64,000 nucleotides of DNA from Cyanophora paradoxa CCMP329. Taxonomy: Eukaryota; Plantae; Glaucophyta. A model generated the notes under the pieces. It saw only the letters and a program-made list of their open reading frames with translations. It was not told where the DNA came from and did no database searches. This document shows positions 1-12,401 of the stretch, piece by piece; position 1 is the first letter of the stretch; the number at the start of each line of letters is the position of its first letter. Location: NCBI GenBank assembly GCA_004431415.1, contig QPMI01000657.1:186001-250000 (forward strand), given 5' to 3'. Both the position numbers and the translations under genes were made by a program.

Positions 1-2788
1 CCTGCCACGGCCCTCCTGATCACGGTCCGGTCCCCTCGTCTGCTCCAAGCTTAAATTAAACGTAGAGCCTGATTCGGGGCAGACGCCGCTGCTGGCGGCG
101 TGCGCGCGGGGCCACTACGAGTGCGCGGCGCTGCTGCTCGAGCGGGGCGCGGACGCGCGGGAGGCGGCGGCGCGGCGGGAGGGCCCCGGCGGCCTCGCCC
201 CGCTCCCCGCCGCCCTGGAGGGCCTGGGGCTGGCCGAGGACGGGCGGGAGGAGGCGGGGCGCTCGGCCCTGGAGCTCGCGGCGGCCGCCGGCTCCGCGCG
301 GCTCGTGCGGCTCCTCGCAAGGCACGGCGCCCCCGCCGAGCGCCCCGCGCCCCGGAGCCCGAGCCCGACCCCGCGAAGCCAAAGCCGAAGAGGCAGGCGC
401 CGCCGCCGCCGCGGTGCGCGCACAGCTCGGCGCTGGGGCTCGCCGTCGCGCGCGGCCACGCGGCGGCGGCGCGGGCGCTGCTCGCCCTGGGGGCCGACCC
501 CGCGAACCCCCTCGCCCTCGCCTGGCGCGACCCGAGCCGCGGCTTCTACGGGCCGGGGCCCGTCAAGGGCCGCTCGGCCCTGCAGGCCGCCGTGCAGCGG
601 CGGGACCTGCCGCTCCTCGTGGCGCTGCTCGAGCGGCTCGGGCCGGACGGCGGCGAGGCGAAGCGGGCCGCCGTGTGCCTCACGGGGGACGACGGGCAGA
701 GCTGCCTCTACCAGGTCCTCGCCGGGGAGGACGGCCGCCGCTCCGGGGCCGGAAAGGGCGGCGCCGCATTTGCGGCCGAGGCCCCGCGGCTGCTGCTGGC
801 GGCGGGGGCGGATCCCTTCCGCGTGGAGAACGCCCCCGAGCGGGGCGAGGCGCGGGGCAGGCGGCCCGAGAGCTGCCTCGCCCGCGCCGCCGCCGCCGGC
901 CCCGCCGGGACCGCCCTCCTCCGGCGAGCCCTCCCCTTCCTCCCTTTCTCTCGTCCGCCTCTCATCCCGGGCCGCTCCCAGGGCGCTGAAGGACGCCGGA
1001 GTGGCGGCCCCGCGGACCCCCGACTCGACGGCGGCCCTCGCCGCCGCCGTCTCCGCACGCTCCCTCGAGTTCGTCAGGTGTGCCCCAGGCGCCCTCGCCT
1101 CTTTAGTTCGAACTCTGAAGTTACCTCCAATCTTTAGGCTGGCGCTGGAGCTGGGCGTCTGCCCCTCGTTCGCCCTTCTCGGCGAGGAGGCCATGCGGGG
1201 CCGCGGGGCGGAGACGCCGCCCCTCCTCGCCGCGGCGATGTGCCTGCGGCGGGGCAACCGCGGGGCCGACGCCGAGGCCCCCGACGAGCAGCAGGCCGCC
1301 GAGTGCCCTCCACCCCTTTCCCTCCAATCTACGTCTCCGCCTGACTTCCCTTATAAATTAGCGCGCTGGAGATGGCGCGGCTGCTGCTGGAGGCGGGGGC
1401 GCCCCCCGACGAGGCGGCCCCCGAGCAGGAGTCCGGCTGGGGCCGGCGCAGCGACGAGCCGCGGACGCCCCTGCAGGCCGCCCTCGAGTCGCCGCTGGGC
1501 CTGCCCCTCGCCGAGCTGCTCATGGCGCGGGGCGCCCCGCTGGACGCCGCCGCCCTCCGCTACGCCGTCCGCTCGCGCTTCGAGCCCCTCGCCCGCGCCG
1601 TCTTCGCCCGCGCCTCCCCCGAGACCGTGCGTGCACCCCCTCAATTATTCGGGTCTCGGCCGGACTCGAACCCGCGGCCTCGGATTCGAAGATGGCGGAG
1701 TTTGTGCGGGGGGCGCCCAAGGCGGCGGCGGAGCTGGTGAAGGGCATCCGCATGGAGGACCCCAGCCCGCTCCCCGTCCTCCAGGCCCGCCCCAAGAATC
1801 GCGGCATGATTTGTTTTGAGTGATCTGTACCCGGCAGGTGCTGCGGGAACTGGCCGGGGACGGCGTGCTGGGCCACGGGCAGGTCCTCCTCCAGGTCGGC
1901 CCCGCCCTCGGAATTAGATCTCGCGGGTGGCTATGGCTCCCCGGCCCGGCTGCTCTGTATCTGATCGCATCTATACACCCCGGGGCGGGGCGGCAGGTGG
2001 CGCAGGACTCGACGCCCAACCGCGGCAGCGGGATGGAGTTCATGAACACCCGCGACGTCATACAGTGCGCGCCCCCCGCAAGATCTAGAGCTGGCGCTAG
2101 CTTTTTCGTTGGGGCTTTCGAGCCTGCTCCGCAAACTTTCCTCCCCTCGGCGAACTTAGCCTCCGCCCCCCTCCCGCTGAATCGGGCGGTGGCCAGCTGG
2201 CTGCTGGCGTGGGAGGTGGAGGCGTGCGAAAAGCGGGGCGGCGGGCCGCCCCCGCTCGAGACCGAGGGCCAGCGCAGCGACCGCGAGGCGGCGTGCGCCC
2301 CCTGCCGAGCCGAGCCCGGCCCCCGCCCCCTCCCCCTCAGGCCTGGGCAGGATCCTGTGGTCGGTGGCGGCGATCGTGCAGGACGCGCAGTCCGCCTCCA
2401 GCGTCCCCTTCCTCAGGCCAGGCCCCCGCCCCGCCCCGCGCGCCCCGCCCCGCCCCGCCCGGGCGCCACTGAGGAGGGTGCACGTGCGGGGGCAGGATGG
2501 CGCTCGACCTCGCGCTGAACGAGGGCGCCCACGCCGACCGCGCCCTCGCCGAACGCTTCCGCCAGGCCCGGCCCCGCCCCCGCGCCCGCCGGCCCGCGGC
2601 CGCCCCCTTCTCAATCTAGCCCGGCGGCGGCGGGGGCGGGGCAGTTCGACGCGACGTCGCCGGGGTACGGGCTGTACGGGGAGGCGGGGGCGCTGCGGGC
2701 GGTGGAGCGGCGGGTGGAGGCGGCGCGGGCGGAAGGGGGCGACCCGGACCCCGCCGACGAGGCCCTCGCCGTCCGCGAGGTCCGATGA
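1..2788 (+). CDS. Multi-exon ankyrin-repeat protein, 5' end outside window; may splice on into the downstream ANK-TIR gene
   Basis: Exonic ankyrin-type motifs HYECAALLLERGAD, SALGLAVARGHAAAARALLALGADP, SALQAAVQRRDLPLLVALLE and TPLQAALESPLGLPLAELLMARGAPLD, separated by short GC-rich GT-AG introns. The last frame ends ...EALAVREVR-TGA (2786-2788), but GAG|GTCCG just upstream could be a donor. Exon boundaries approximate. Confidence 0.75.
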
Positions 2789-3096
2789 CCTCTCAAGCTT
2801 GCAGTCGCTGCCGCCTTCACTTCGCGTCTCTATTTGAGCAAAACTAATTATAATCTAGGCCTGAGAGGTTTTGTTCTTAGTTTGCTGGCCGATGTTTCTA
2901 ACATTAGCGGCCTTCGTTCTAGCTCAGGCCTAGCTATAGGGTCTCCGTCGCCTCGCCTTGTTGCAGCCTTTTTTGAGCCGGAGCGCAGGCGTGCCGGCTG
3001 GGGCTCCGCCTCACGGCCGCCCGCCTCGCCCGCGCCGCCGCGCCCTCCCGCGTCGAGTGCGTACCCGTCTCTCCCGCCCTCCTCCCCCCCCTAACA

Positions 3097-5762
3097 GAAC
3101 GCAGCGAGCCGGATGCGGAGGGGCGCACGGCGCTCTACTACGCGGTGGAGTGGGGCCCCCCGATGCTCGCCGCCTGCATCGCCCTCATCCGCAAGGGCGC
3201 GCCCCCTCCCCTCCCTGTGTACCGAACGGCCCTCACCCGCGCGGGCAGGGGCGGACGCGGGGCGGGCGGTGGGCGAGGGCCCCACCCGCCGCACCGTCCT
3301 CCAGGCTCGGCCCCGCCCCCCTCCCCCCTGCCCTCCCCTTCTTGGCCTCGAGCCGGCGGGCAGGGGCACAGCGACGTGAAGTTCCTCGCGGCGCTCAAGC
3401 GCGCCTCCGGCCTCCGCGACGTCTACATATGGTGCGCCCAAGGCCCGAAGCTCGTGTTTGCCTCCCGTTTACTTGCGCTGTTTGCAGCCGGGAGGAGGAG
3501 GGGGAGGGGGCGGCGGCCTTTGCGGCGCGGCTGCGGGTCGGCCTCGAGACCGCCCACGTCACCGTGCGCCGCGGCGGCCCCTCCCTTCGCGGCTGGTCCC
3601 TTGCTCGGCGCCTCCGATCCGCTCAACCCGGCCTCGAAATGCAGTGCCTGGAACCGGAGGAGGAAGGCGGCGCAGGCGGCGGCGAGCCCGGGGCTGCATC
3701 CGGATCCGCGTCGGACCCCTCCGCCGTGCGCGCGCTGCTGCCTGCCTCAAAGCTCTGGTCGCCGCCGCCGGCCTCAGCGGCTCCGCAGGCGGAGCACCTG
3801 CGGCGGGTGGCGGCAGTCATCTTCGCCGTCTCCCCGGCCGCCTGCGCCTCCGCCCGCTGCCGCGCCGAGCTCGCCGCCGCCCGCTCCCTCGGCAGGCCCG
3901 CGCGCCCCTCCAATTGCAAGTTAGTCGGTCAGTGAGACGGTCGGTTAAGCTCGCGCCGCAGGACGGTGCTGCCGGTGTGGCGGGAGAAGGCGGAGCTGGA
4001 CGACCAGATGCAGGTCCGCCCACGCCGCCGCCCCGCCCCTCCTCTCCGAAGCCCTCTTCTCAACGCGACCGGTCGAAGGGGTTCCTCCTCAAGCAGCAGT
4101 TCGGCGCGCCCCCGGCCCTCCCCGCCCATGCGAAGCACTAGCAAAGCGCTGACGGGGCGGCCCTCCTCTGCGGCAGCGGACTTCACGAGCGGGGCGCTGC
4201 TGGAGGCCGGCCTCCCCGCCTTCGCCCTCACCGTCGCCCAGAAGGCCCGCCGCCCCCGCCCCGCCCTCGCCCATCGATGACCCCGCGTCTGCTGAGCGCG
4301 GGCTCTGTGCAGGTGGGGGCGGGCGGGGGCGCGGCCCCCGCGGCGGCGCCCTCCGCCGCCGCCGAGCTCGCCGCCCTCCCCGAGGCCCGGTGCGCCCCCC
4401 AGCTCCCCACCCTCTCTCTCCCCTCCGCCCTGCGACGGGGCCGCGGGGCGGGGCGGGCAGATGCGACGCGGCGGGCGAGGCGGACTTCCTCTTCCTCTGG
4501 TGCTCCCCCGCCGTGCGGCCCCGCCCCGCCCCGCCCGCACCCCGCGCCCGTCGCCTCCGCCGAGGCATTGGGGCAGGACGCGGGGGCGGCGGTGCGGGTC
4601 GCGCGGGCCCTCGCGCGCCGCGGCCTCCGCTGCTGGACCGAGTGCCCCGTGCGCCCGCCCCGCCCCGAAGCGCCAGCGCCGCGCGTCGATTTCGCGAGCC
4701 GACGCGTGCGCGCCGCGCCTGCAGGGCGTCGGGGAGGCCTCGGGCGGCCAGGACGCCGGCGCCGCCGACGTCGGCGCCCTCGCAGCGGTACTCCCCTTCG
4801 CCCCCCCCTCCCGCCTCCCCACCCTCCCCTCCCGCCCTGAGGAGATAGAATTCTAAACTCGCCACCCGACCGCCGCCGCCGCGCAGGTCCGGTGCCGCGC
4901 CTTCGTGCCCCTCCTCTCGCCCTCCTCCATCGGCGACCCCCTCCTCCGCGATCGCATCCAGGTACCCCCCCCCCCCTCCGGGGTCCCACGCGTGCCCCTG
5001 CTCGCGTTCCATTGTACCCCCGCAGCTGGCGGAGCTGAACAAGCGGCCGATCCTGCCCCTCCTCCCCACCGACATCCCCGTGCGTCCCTCCCGTCCCACG
5101 TACCCCTCCCCGGTTCGAAAAAGCGGTACCCCTAGGCCCCGGAGGGCGTGCCGCCCGACGCGGAGCCCTTTGCGTACGTCACGGCCGGCAACGTCGCCCT
5201 TTTCGCCGTGCGCCCGTTTCGATATCGGATGAACCTGTACCCCCCTCTGAATTGAAGGTCGAGTGTACCCCAGAACCTCGACCGGCTCGTCGACTCCGTC
5301 CCGGGCCTCGCCCCCACCCCGCCGCCCCGCCCCCGCCCCGCCGCCCCAGCCGCCGTCGCCCCGGCCCCCGCCGAGCAGCCAGCGCCGGCTGCTGCTCCGG
5401 AGACGCCTCGAGCTCCGGGTGCGGGCGCGGCGGCTGCGGCCACTGAGGCGCGGGAGCTGGAGGAGCGGCGGCGCCGAGTCGCGGAGGCGCGCGCCCCCCG
5501 CTTGCCCAGGTCTCTCGCGATCGCTCTGACTCGACCCGATCAGCTGGAGGCCCGGGTGAGGGAGGCCGAGGCGGCGGGGAAGGGGGCGGCCCCGCCCCGC
5601 CGGCCCGGCACCGGCCGCGGGCCCGGGCCCCGGCGCGCCCTCCGCGGGCCCCGCGCGTGCGGCCACTCCGGCCTCCAAGGCCTGCGCCGTCATGTAGGGC
5701 GATCATGCTCTGCGGATTTTTTTTTCAGAAGGCATGGCATCGCGTCCCGCGCGGCGGCCTGA
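3097..5762 (+). CDS. Multi-exon protein with an ankyrin repeat, two TIR-like (TIR_2-type) domains and a coiled-coil tail
   Basis: DAEGRTALYYAVEWG (ankyrin). First TIR-like domain: FAARLRVGLE...VAAVIFAVSPAACASARCRAELAAARSLGRP|VLPVW, matching the TIR betaC-alphaC-betaD pattern. Second: VARALARRGLRCW...CRAFVPLLSPSSIGDPLLRDRIQ|LAELNKRPILPLL. Tail EARELEERRRRVAE|LEARVREAEA. Boundaries approximate. Confidence 0.65.
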
Positions 5763-6489
5763 TCATTGGATAGAAGTAGTAGAAGTAGTAGAAGAAGTGG
5801 TAGAAGTGGCGCTGGGCATTCATCGAATCTCGCACCGCCATCACGTCCCACGCAACTTTAACGGCCCCTAACAGCGCTGCAGGTTAAGCACAGCGCGCGC
5901 GACAGCGTCGAACAAGAACGGAAATCAGATCGTGATCGCGATCGGTGTCCTGGAGGGTTGAGGCCTGCAAAAATTGCTCAATTGCAACCTGCGCGGAAAT
6001 TTCGCGACGCGAAAATCGCGAAAAGCACCTGAAGCGCGGGACTAAAACCCTCCGCTGTAGCTGCGCGCGTCGCACGTGGTCGCGGCCGAAGAATGTTTGG
6101 CAGAATATGTCGGTGCATGCGCCTCGACCGTCGGACATCGGAAAGCTGATCACGAACGAGCACCATTTTCAGGAATCAGGGGATCAGGAATTCGAATGCA
6201 TGATCGAGCTGAAAGCAAAAGGGGGCAAGGCGAATTCGAAGGGGGCAGGGCAGGGCCGAGAGGGCAGGCGGTGCATGCCGCGGAATTTTAATTTGCGGTT
6301 GAATGTTGCCGGTCCTGATCATTCAAATGATTCGCGAATCAAATGCATTCGGTCGATAAACAAAGCCGATCGTCAAGAGCTACTAGCGGGATTGACGGCG
6401 ATCGGGGTCCGACAAAAAGCAGTGGAAATTTACAAGCGCGTGGTCCCTGGATCGTCGGGCGCGCGCGGCAGGGCCCGCGCTCTCCACAT

Positions 6490-7411
6490 CTACATATCGT
6501 CCGCCAGCGTCGCCGGCCGCCAGCGTGCGATCGCGAGCTCCTTGAGAAGTTCTGCGTAGTGCGTGGAAAATGAAAAATCAGTCGAATTCGAATTCAGTAA
6601 ATAAAGTCGCCGGTCGCGGGAATTCGCAATAAAGCATTTCATGATCTGACCGTTGGCCTCCGACCGGCCAATCTCTGCCTGGTACGTTTACGTATACGTA
6701 TACCGGAAAAGACCGACATCGACCGTGATCAGCGCCTAGAAAATCAAGACGTGCGAGCACGCGCACCTGCGCCAGCTGGACTTTCATCTCCTGCAGCTTC
6801 AGCTGAGCAGCGCAAGTGAGTTCTGGAAATCGGCACCATGAATGCCCGCGGCACCTGCGCCTCGCCGATGGCAGCCATAAGCTGGCGCTTCTCCGTTTCG
6901 CGCTCAATCTCAGCATCCGCGAGGCTCTTGACACGCTCCTTCAGATTGACGTTCTCTTGCCGCAGTCCCAGCAGTGAGATCTCGTCGCTCCGCGCGCGCT
7001 CCAACAGCTCCTTGACGTAACGCGCCGACGCCTCCAGGTCTGCGGCGGGTGCGTGCGAAAATCATGTTGGGCGAATTTGTTTTGGAGCAGCATCCGCAAA
7101 TTTCCGCAGCTCGCTGCCTGTACATGTGCACCCTTTGACATCAGGAGCTTCTCGTGACCAAGCAGCTTCGCACGCGCCGCGGTCTCGGTGGCCAGGAGCT
7201 CTTCATTTCGGCCCTCCAACTGCGAGAGCGGTCGCGGCGCCTCGGCGCGCGCCTCGGGAGAATTTTAAGAGCGCCGGCACCGGCGCCGCGGGAATTTTAA
7301 GCTGCAGCCATGGCCACGTGCACGCACCGCGAGACGCCGGGAGAGCTGCGCGAGGCGGTCGGTGTTGTTTTCTATGGCGTCCAGCTGCAGCGCCGTCGAC
7401 GTCGTTTCCAT
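6490..7411 (-). CDS. Small multi-exon coiled-coil protein of unknown function
   Basis: Spliceable exons METTSTALQLDAIENNTDRLAQLSRRLA | LEGRNEELLATETAARAKLLGHEKLLMSK | DLEASARYVKELLERARSDEISLLGLRQENVNLKERVKSLADAEIERETEKRQLMAAIGEAQ | LKLQEMKVQLAQ | AEIGRSEAN | ELLKELAIARWRPATLADDM*, with GT-AG junctions and heptad character. Confidence 0.6.
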
Positions 7412-7899
7412 CGCTGCTCGCGTGCTGATGATCGAAGCGGTCTTAAACTAAACGAGTACAGCCCCTCTCCGGATCTTTCCTCTCCGGATCCAAAGAGCAT
7501 TAATATATTTTCTCTCGAGCCCAGCTAGCCAGCCATTCGAAATACGGATAACTTATAAATTATATACTAAGTTATAACTTATTACTTAAGACGCAAGCGG
7601 ACACTTGCGAAAAAAATCGGGTTAACACGGCCGGCTGAGCTTGCAGTTTCGATTCAGTTCCCCGTTTTGTCGCACCCAATATGAACCCTCATGTGCGAAC
7701 ACGTCGAGTGTCGACATCGATATCGGCGTATACCGTATACGTAGAGTCGTAGACCCGACTCACCCCGACAGCTGCCGCAGCCACTAGCTGCTGCATGCCA
7801 GCTGCAGCCTGCAGGCTGCCAGCTGCAGGCGAACGCGATCATCGGATAGGCCTAGGTGGCATACTAGTACTAAGTTCGAATCGGCCGCGGACCACAGAC

Positions 7900-8205
7900 C
7901 ACGGCGAGTCGACGTCGCGACTCGCGACTCGCGAATTCGAATCTCCCCAAAACGCTAGATTTACTCAGTTAATGTCGACGTCGACGTCGACTCGTCCCGC
8001 GGGCCGCGGCGTACGTGGATATCGATCGACGAACGTAGTTACCCAAAATGACGTCGTTCCCCAAAACGCTAGATTTTCAAGTTTGACATCGTTTGCAAAC
8101 GGAAACTACGTGGTGGCCATGGCTTATCCGCGGATAACGGAACTTTTTTGAAAGTAACGGAAAATGGCGGATACTAGTAACGGAAAGTAACGGAAACACA
8201 CCGTG
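7900..8205. mobile_element. Possible small non-autonomous TIR element (CACGG...CCGTG)
   Basis: Short inverted ends CACGG/CCGTG flanked by AC on both sides. Internal repeats CCCCAAAACGCTAGATTT x2 and TAACGGAA x4. The TIR is very short, so support is weak. Confidence 0.3.
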
Positions 8206-9468
8206 ACTGCAGTCTGCATGCAGCTAGCGCTGGACTAGTACCGTAGTAGTACGTATACTGCTGCTGATGTAGGCTTTATAAGCAGTCTTAGCTATAGGCT
8301 CTATAATAATTAACGCAGCTACAGCCCGCACTACGTATACGACATGCGCAGCCTGGCCATGGCAGGCTGCAGCAGCGCAGCTGCAGCTGTCATGAACGTT
8401 GCGCTCAGCAACCGTGTACGCACTGCTCCTGCTGCATAGATAGCGTCTGTACATACGTACGTGGCTAGCGCTAGCATAGGCGCTTGTCTTGAAGGAGCAC
8501 ATCAGCAGGCGAAGCCAACGCAGCGCTCGGCTAGCGGAAGCAGCGAATATTTCGAAGCTTAAGGCTCGAGGCGCCCGCCTATTAATGATGAATTCGAAGT
8601 AGCGAGGCTATTTAAATTTGAAGACAAAGAAAGACCGCAGTGCCCTGAATTCGAAGTCTAGATCTGGCATTTTTTCTGAGATACTGCGATGGGGCGATCG
8701 AAACCCCCGTACACGTACGGGTATGTATCGCGTTTCAAATTCATATGCATGCATATTTCACGCACAGACAGAGCCTGCAGCTGGAATTATTAAATGGGGG
8801 GGTGCGGGGGGGCTTGCCCCCCTGCTTGTGAATTAGTAAGAATAAGTGCGGGGACGAGCTAGGGCGCCTCTACCGGTCGTGGTCTCCGGCGCGGCGCTCG
8901 CTGCGGGCGAATTCGAAGGAGATGTAGAGCACCGCGGCCTTGGTGGATTCGATTCCAGGATTCGAACCTCTTGAAGCAATCCCGCCGCCAGGCCGGCCGA
9001 AGCAATCCCGCTTCGAATCCCAGCGTGGTCGTTGGCCCAGTGGGGGGTTTGATGGTAACCCAACGCTGGGCGGACCCCATAGCCGCACTCACTGCAGCTG
9101 GACCCGAAAGGCCGAAGGTCACCGGGTGGGGGCGGTCCTGTGCGTTCCCATAAGAACACCCATAAGAACATATACATAGGGAGAAGGCTGTGCGAAGAAG
9201 GATAATCGCCCCAGTACGGCCGCCGGGCCCGGCCCGGCCCGAGAGCCCCTTTTTTGAAGGCGGGGAGAGCTCGAGGCCAAGGGAGGAAGAATGCATATGG
9301 GTGGGGGGAAAGATCTTTCTAGTCGGGGTGGGGGGATGGGTGGGGGGAAGAATGCATGCGCATGGGTGGGGGGATGCTGCCAGGCTGGCCATGGTCGGGG
9401 GAGTTGGGGAGAGCGGCCGTTATATAATCAGGAGAGCGGCGCCGGCAGAACGAAGTCGGAAGCAGCGA

Positions 9469-11307
9469 ATGTCGAGCGCGCGCCTTCCAGACGCGGTGCT
9501 TGCTGACATTCTGCAGTGTCTTGACATTCCGGAGGCCGAACTCGGAACGAGTTCGCGCCGTCGCGAAATCGTGGCGGCGCGCCGTGGAGAGCATTGAATG
9601 GACGCGGGTTAGCGTCAGTTCAGCATTGCCGGCGGTGTTCGACGCTGTTGCGGCGCTCATTGATGCTGGGAAGATCAAATTGCAGCAGGAGGTGGTAGTG
9701 TACATCAATATTCAAAGCGTGCTCGGCGCGGGGAATTCGAATACAGCTGAGCTTCTCGGCGCGGTATCTGGTCTGTTGTGCAGTGTCAGCGGCTGCGAAT
9801 CCGTAGCAAATCTATCTGTTAATCTCTCCGCGAGCAGCTCCGGCCGCAGCTATTCGCCAACCCTGAAAAGAGATGTCGAGGACCCACTCTACTCGTTATT
9901 TTGCGGCTCTCTTGTCGGCCTCCAGGCACGGCCTGACGCGCTCATTAGCTTCTCGTTTCGCTCGTGCAATTCCCGCTACATTCCGCAAAACGAGATATAT
10001 GGTTCGGAGTTGCGCGAAGCCCTCCGGCCTTTCCGTCGACTTCGGACGCTAGTAATTCCGAATCTCGATATAGTCGCCGAAACAGCGCGTGTCATTGCGG
10101 AGTGCTGCACCGCACTCAAGTCCATTACGTTCAGACCATCTTCCCCAGATGCCCTTGGCGCTCTCTCCTCTCTTCACCTCGAGGAGCTGTCGACTGTCGG
10201 CACAGCAAACATTGGTGATGGGATTCACTCATTGGCGGCGGGGGCTACCAGAACCACTCTGCGCGTCCTGGCATCTGCAAATTGGTGCGGTACACATGCT
10301 TCATTGCAATTGATACCGCCCGCGGCCGTCCGACGGTCTCTTCCAATCGCTCATATATGGTGCATGGTGGTCGATCGGGACGTCGACCGGGCGTGGTGCA
10401 TGCGCAGCCCGATTGAGCTTTCTGATATCTCCATCCAAGCTTTATTGCAAATGGAGGCTCTCAAGAAAGTCGAGGGAATATGCCTTGTCCGTCCTTCGAA
10501 TTCGTATCACTAGTACTGTCTCGCCGATCGCGAGTCGCAATCAATATCGCAGTTCAATATCTGCAAGATAGACTTATATCGCTGCGCATGCACAGATCTC
10601 CAAACACGTTACTCCCGATGGAGTGCGGGCGCTTGGAACCGGTGTGGCAGATATGTCAAACGGAAATAAAAAAGATCGGTTTCCCAAGATTTATTTTGAG
10701 TTTTCCTTTGCGGACATGATTGAGAGTCGGACCTACCCCGCAATGTGCCAAGCGCTTGCGGAGACCCTGCAGCTGCTTGCCGTGCAGAATATGTCTCAGC
10801 ACATGCTAAAAAGCTTCTCCGCAAAGATCCGCTTCGAAGATAGTGGTAAGTGTACTATTCTGTATGACATTGAAATTCGAATTCGTTAAAACGTTGCAAT
10901 TGCCAAATGAGCGATTATGCCAAAAACAGTTTAAGCAAGTCTATATATTGCGATGCTCGCTTCTGAGAGTGTTACGTGTCGCAGATGGGGAAAAGGAAGC
11001 TGTTGCCAATCTTCTCGCAGCGGCACATATACAGCATTGCTGCTTTTTCTTCATGGTGACACCACGCTCCATTCGATCCTTGTGCGATGCTATTCTCACG
11101 TCACTGCGACTGAGCGGCATAGCTGCTTATGCATATGCATCCGAGTCTCGGCTACGGCTTTCAATTCACGCCCTGATTGATAACATCACCGGAGCAAGTT
11201 CGCTTCTGGTGCTGCAACGCTTCTATATATTTTCCACACATTTATACAAAATTATGCTCGATCCGACTATCCAATCAATCGTTTTTGCTTCTGTAACTAA
11301 GTTATAA
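9469..11307 (+). CDS. F-box-like N-terminus + LRR-like protein, multi-exon, frameshift near 9545 (possible pseudogene or sequencing error)
   Basis: MSSARLPDAVLADILQCL...RVRAVAKSWRRAVESIEW (F-box pattern LP-x-L-x-I...V-x-K-x-W). LRR-like ELREALRPFRRLRTLVIP...IAECCTALKSITFRP. TATATAA at 9421. 3' end uncertain. Confidence 0.6.
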
Positions 11308-11601
11308 TTGTAATCAATTACTTTTTTTTGGTGAATTACCGGCCACAGCTGCAGTCTCTAGACACCAGCACTGCGGGGGCTGCCCAGGGGGCATAGAGAC
11401 AAAAAAGCGAAATAACTAAGACAAGAGCACGAAGAAAGATAAGACAACTTGGCAAAGAGCCATAATCGACAATAAAAAAACAGAGCTCGAGACAGATCGA
11501 GAAGAGACGATAAATAAACCAGACCGAGCAGATCTAGGGACAGAGGATGACTGACACGAAGAAGAGCCAGAGATAGAGATACCATCAATATCGGAAGGAA
11601 T

Positions 11602-11857
11602 TGTCGCGTGCCGCGATTCCCTCGGATTAGGCTAGCCGGCAGTCTATGCGTAGCCGCTAGCCCTAGTCTAGTGCTATCGAGCAGCTAGCTCTAGCACTCT
11701 CTGTATTCTGACTTAGCGCCGGGCGCGACTCCGTTTGGGGGTACGCGATCCCTGGACGGGTACACTTGTGAATAGACCACTTGTGCTCCCAGCTACAGCC
11801 CCAGCCCGTGCGTGACCGCACGGACGCTGCACCGGGTGGGAATCCTCTCATCCGACA
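11602..11857 (+). repeat. 5' LTR (256 bp)
   Basis: Direct repeat of 30035-30290 (offset 18,433). TG...CA ends with a 5-bp terminal inverted repeat TGTCG/CGACA. Confidence 0.97.
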
Positions 11858-11868
11858 GGCGCCATCTG
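11858..11868 (+). promoter_or_regulatory. Putative primer-binding site (tRNA-Lys-like)
   Basis: GGCGCCATCTG abuts the LTR. It resembles TGGCGCCGTCTG, the complement of the plant-type tRNA-Lys(UUU) 3' end as I recall it, but the leading T is absent. Confidence 0.45.
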
Positions 11869-12401
11869 CTCACGGAGCCAGAACCCCGATCATCAGCGAC
11901 CCGTCATCAGCAACCGACCCAGCTCGGCGACCGCGGCTCAGCCGGCGCGCAGGTAGACCTCAGCAGAGGTCGTGGGTCGCTTCTCGCGCCCCGCCTGCGC
12001 CGCTCCGGGCTGATCCGCAGTTGGCGACCGAACATTCTGGAAAGAACCAGAACTTAGTCCTGCGGATCCAGGAACGCGCGCGAATACCGAGGGATCCCCG
12101 TCCGATCGGATCGTCGCCGTTTCCTGAGCGAGCTGCGTGCGAGCCCGTGGGATCATTCCTGATCGGTCGCTAGTCACTCGCCGCGACGCCAGCCTTCTCC
12201 GGCTGTTGCGATCGTGCTGGACAAGACGAAGAGCGATCGGATCGACGGCTGAGGCGTGCGCGCCCGAGCTGTCTCCGGAATCGCCGCAGCCGAGCTAGTG
12301 AGCTTGCTCGCCGCTGCTGTGGACCACGACGGCCTCGGATCTCGAGCGAGGCACATTCTCTCACGGAAAAGCGTGGCATTACGTCGCCGCTTGACCTGAG
12401 A

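Noticed and set aside
51-5760. Numerous long R/P/G/A-rich ORFs on both strands, here and antisense to the retrotransposon
   Set aside because: Shadow ORFs caused by very high GC content and read-through of introns.
8941-9030. tRNA gene (GGTTCGAATCC B-box-like motifs, CCA on the minus strand)
   Set aside because: The T-stem pairs only 3 bp, and no acceptor stem, D-arm or anticodon arm can be formed.
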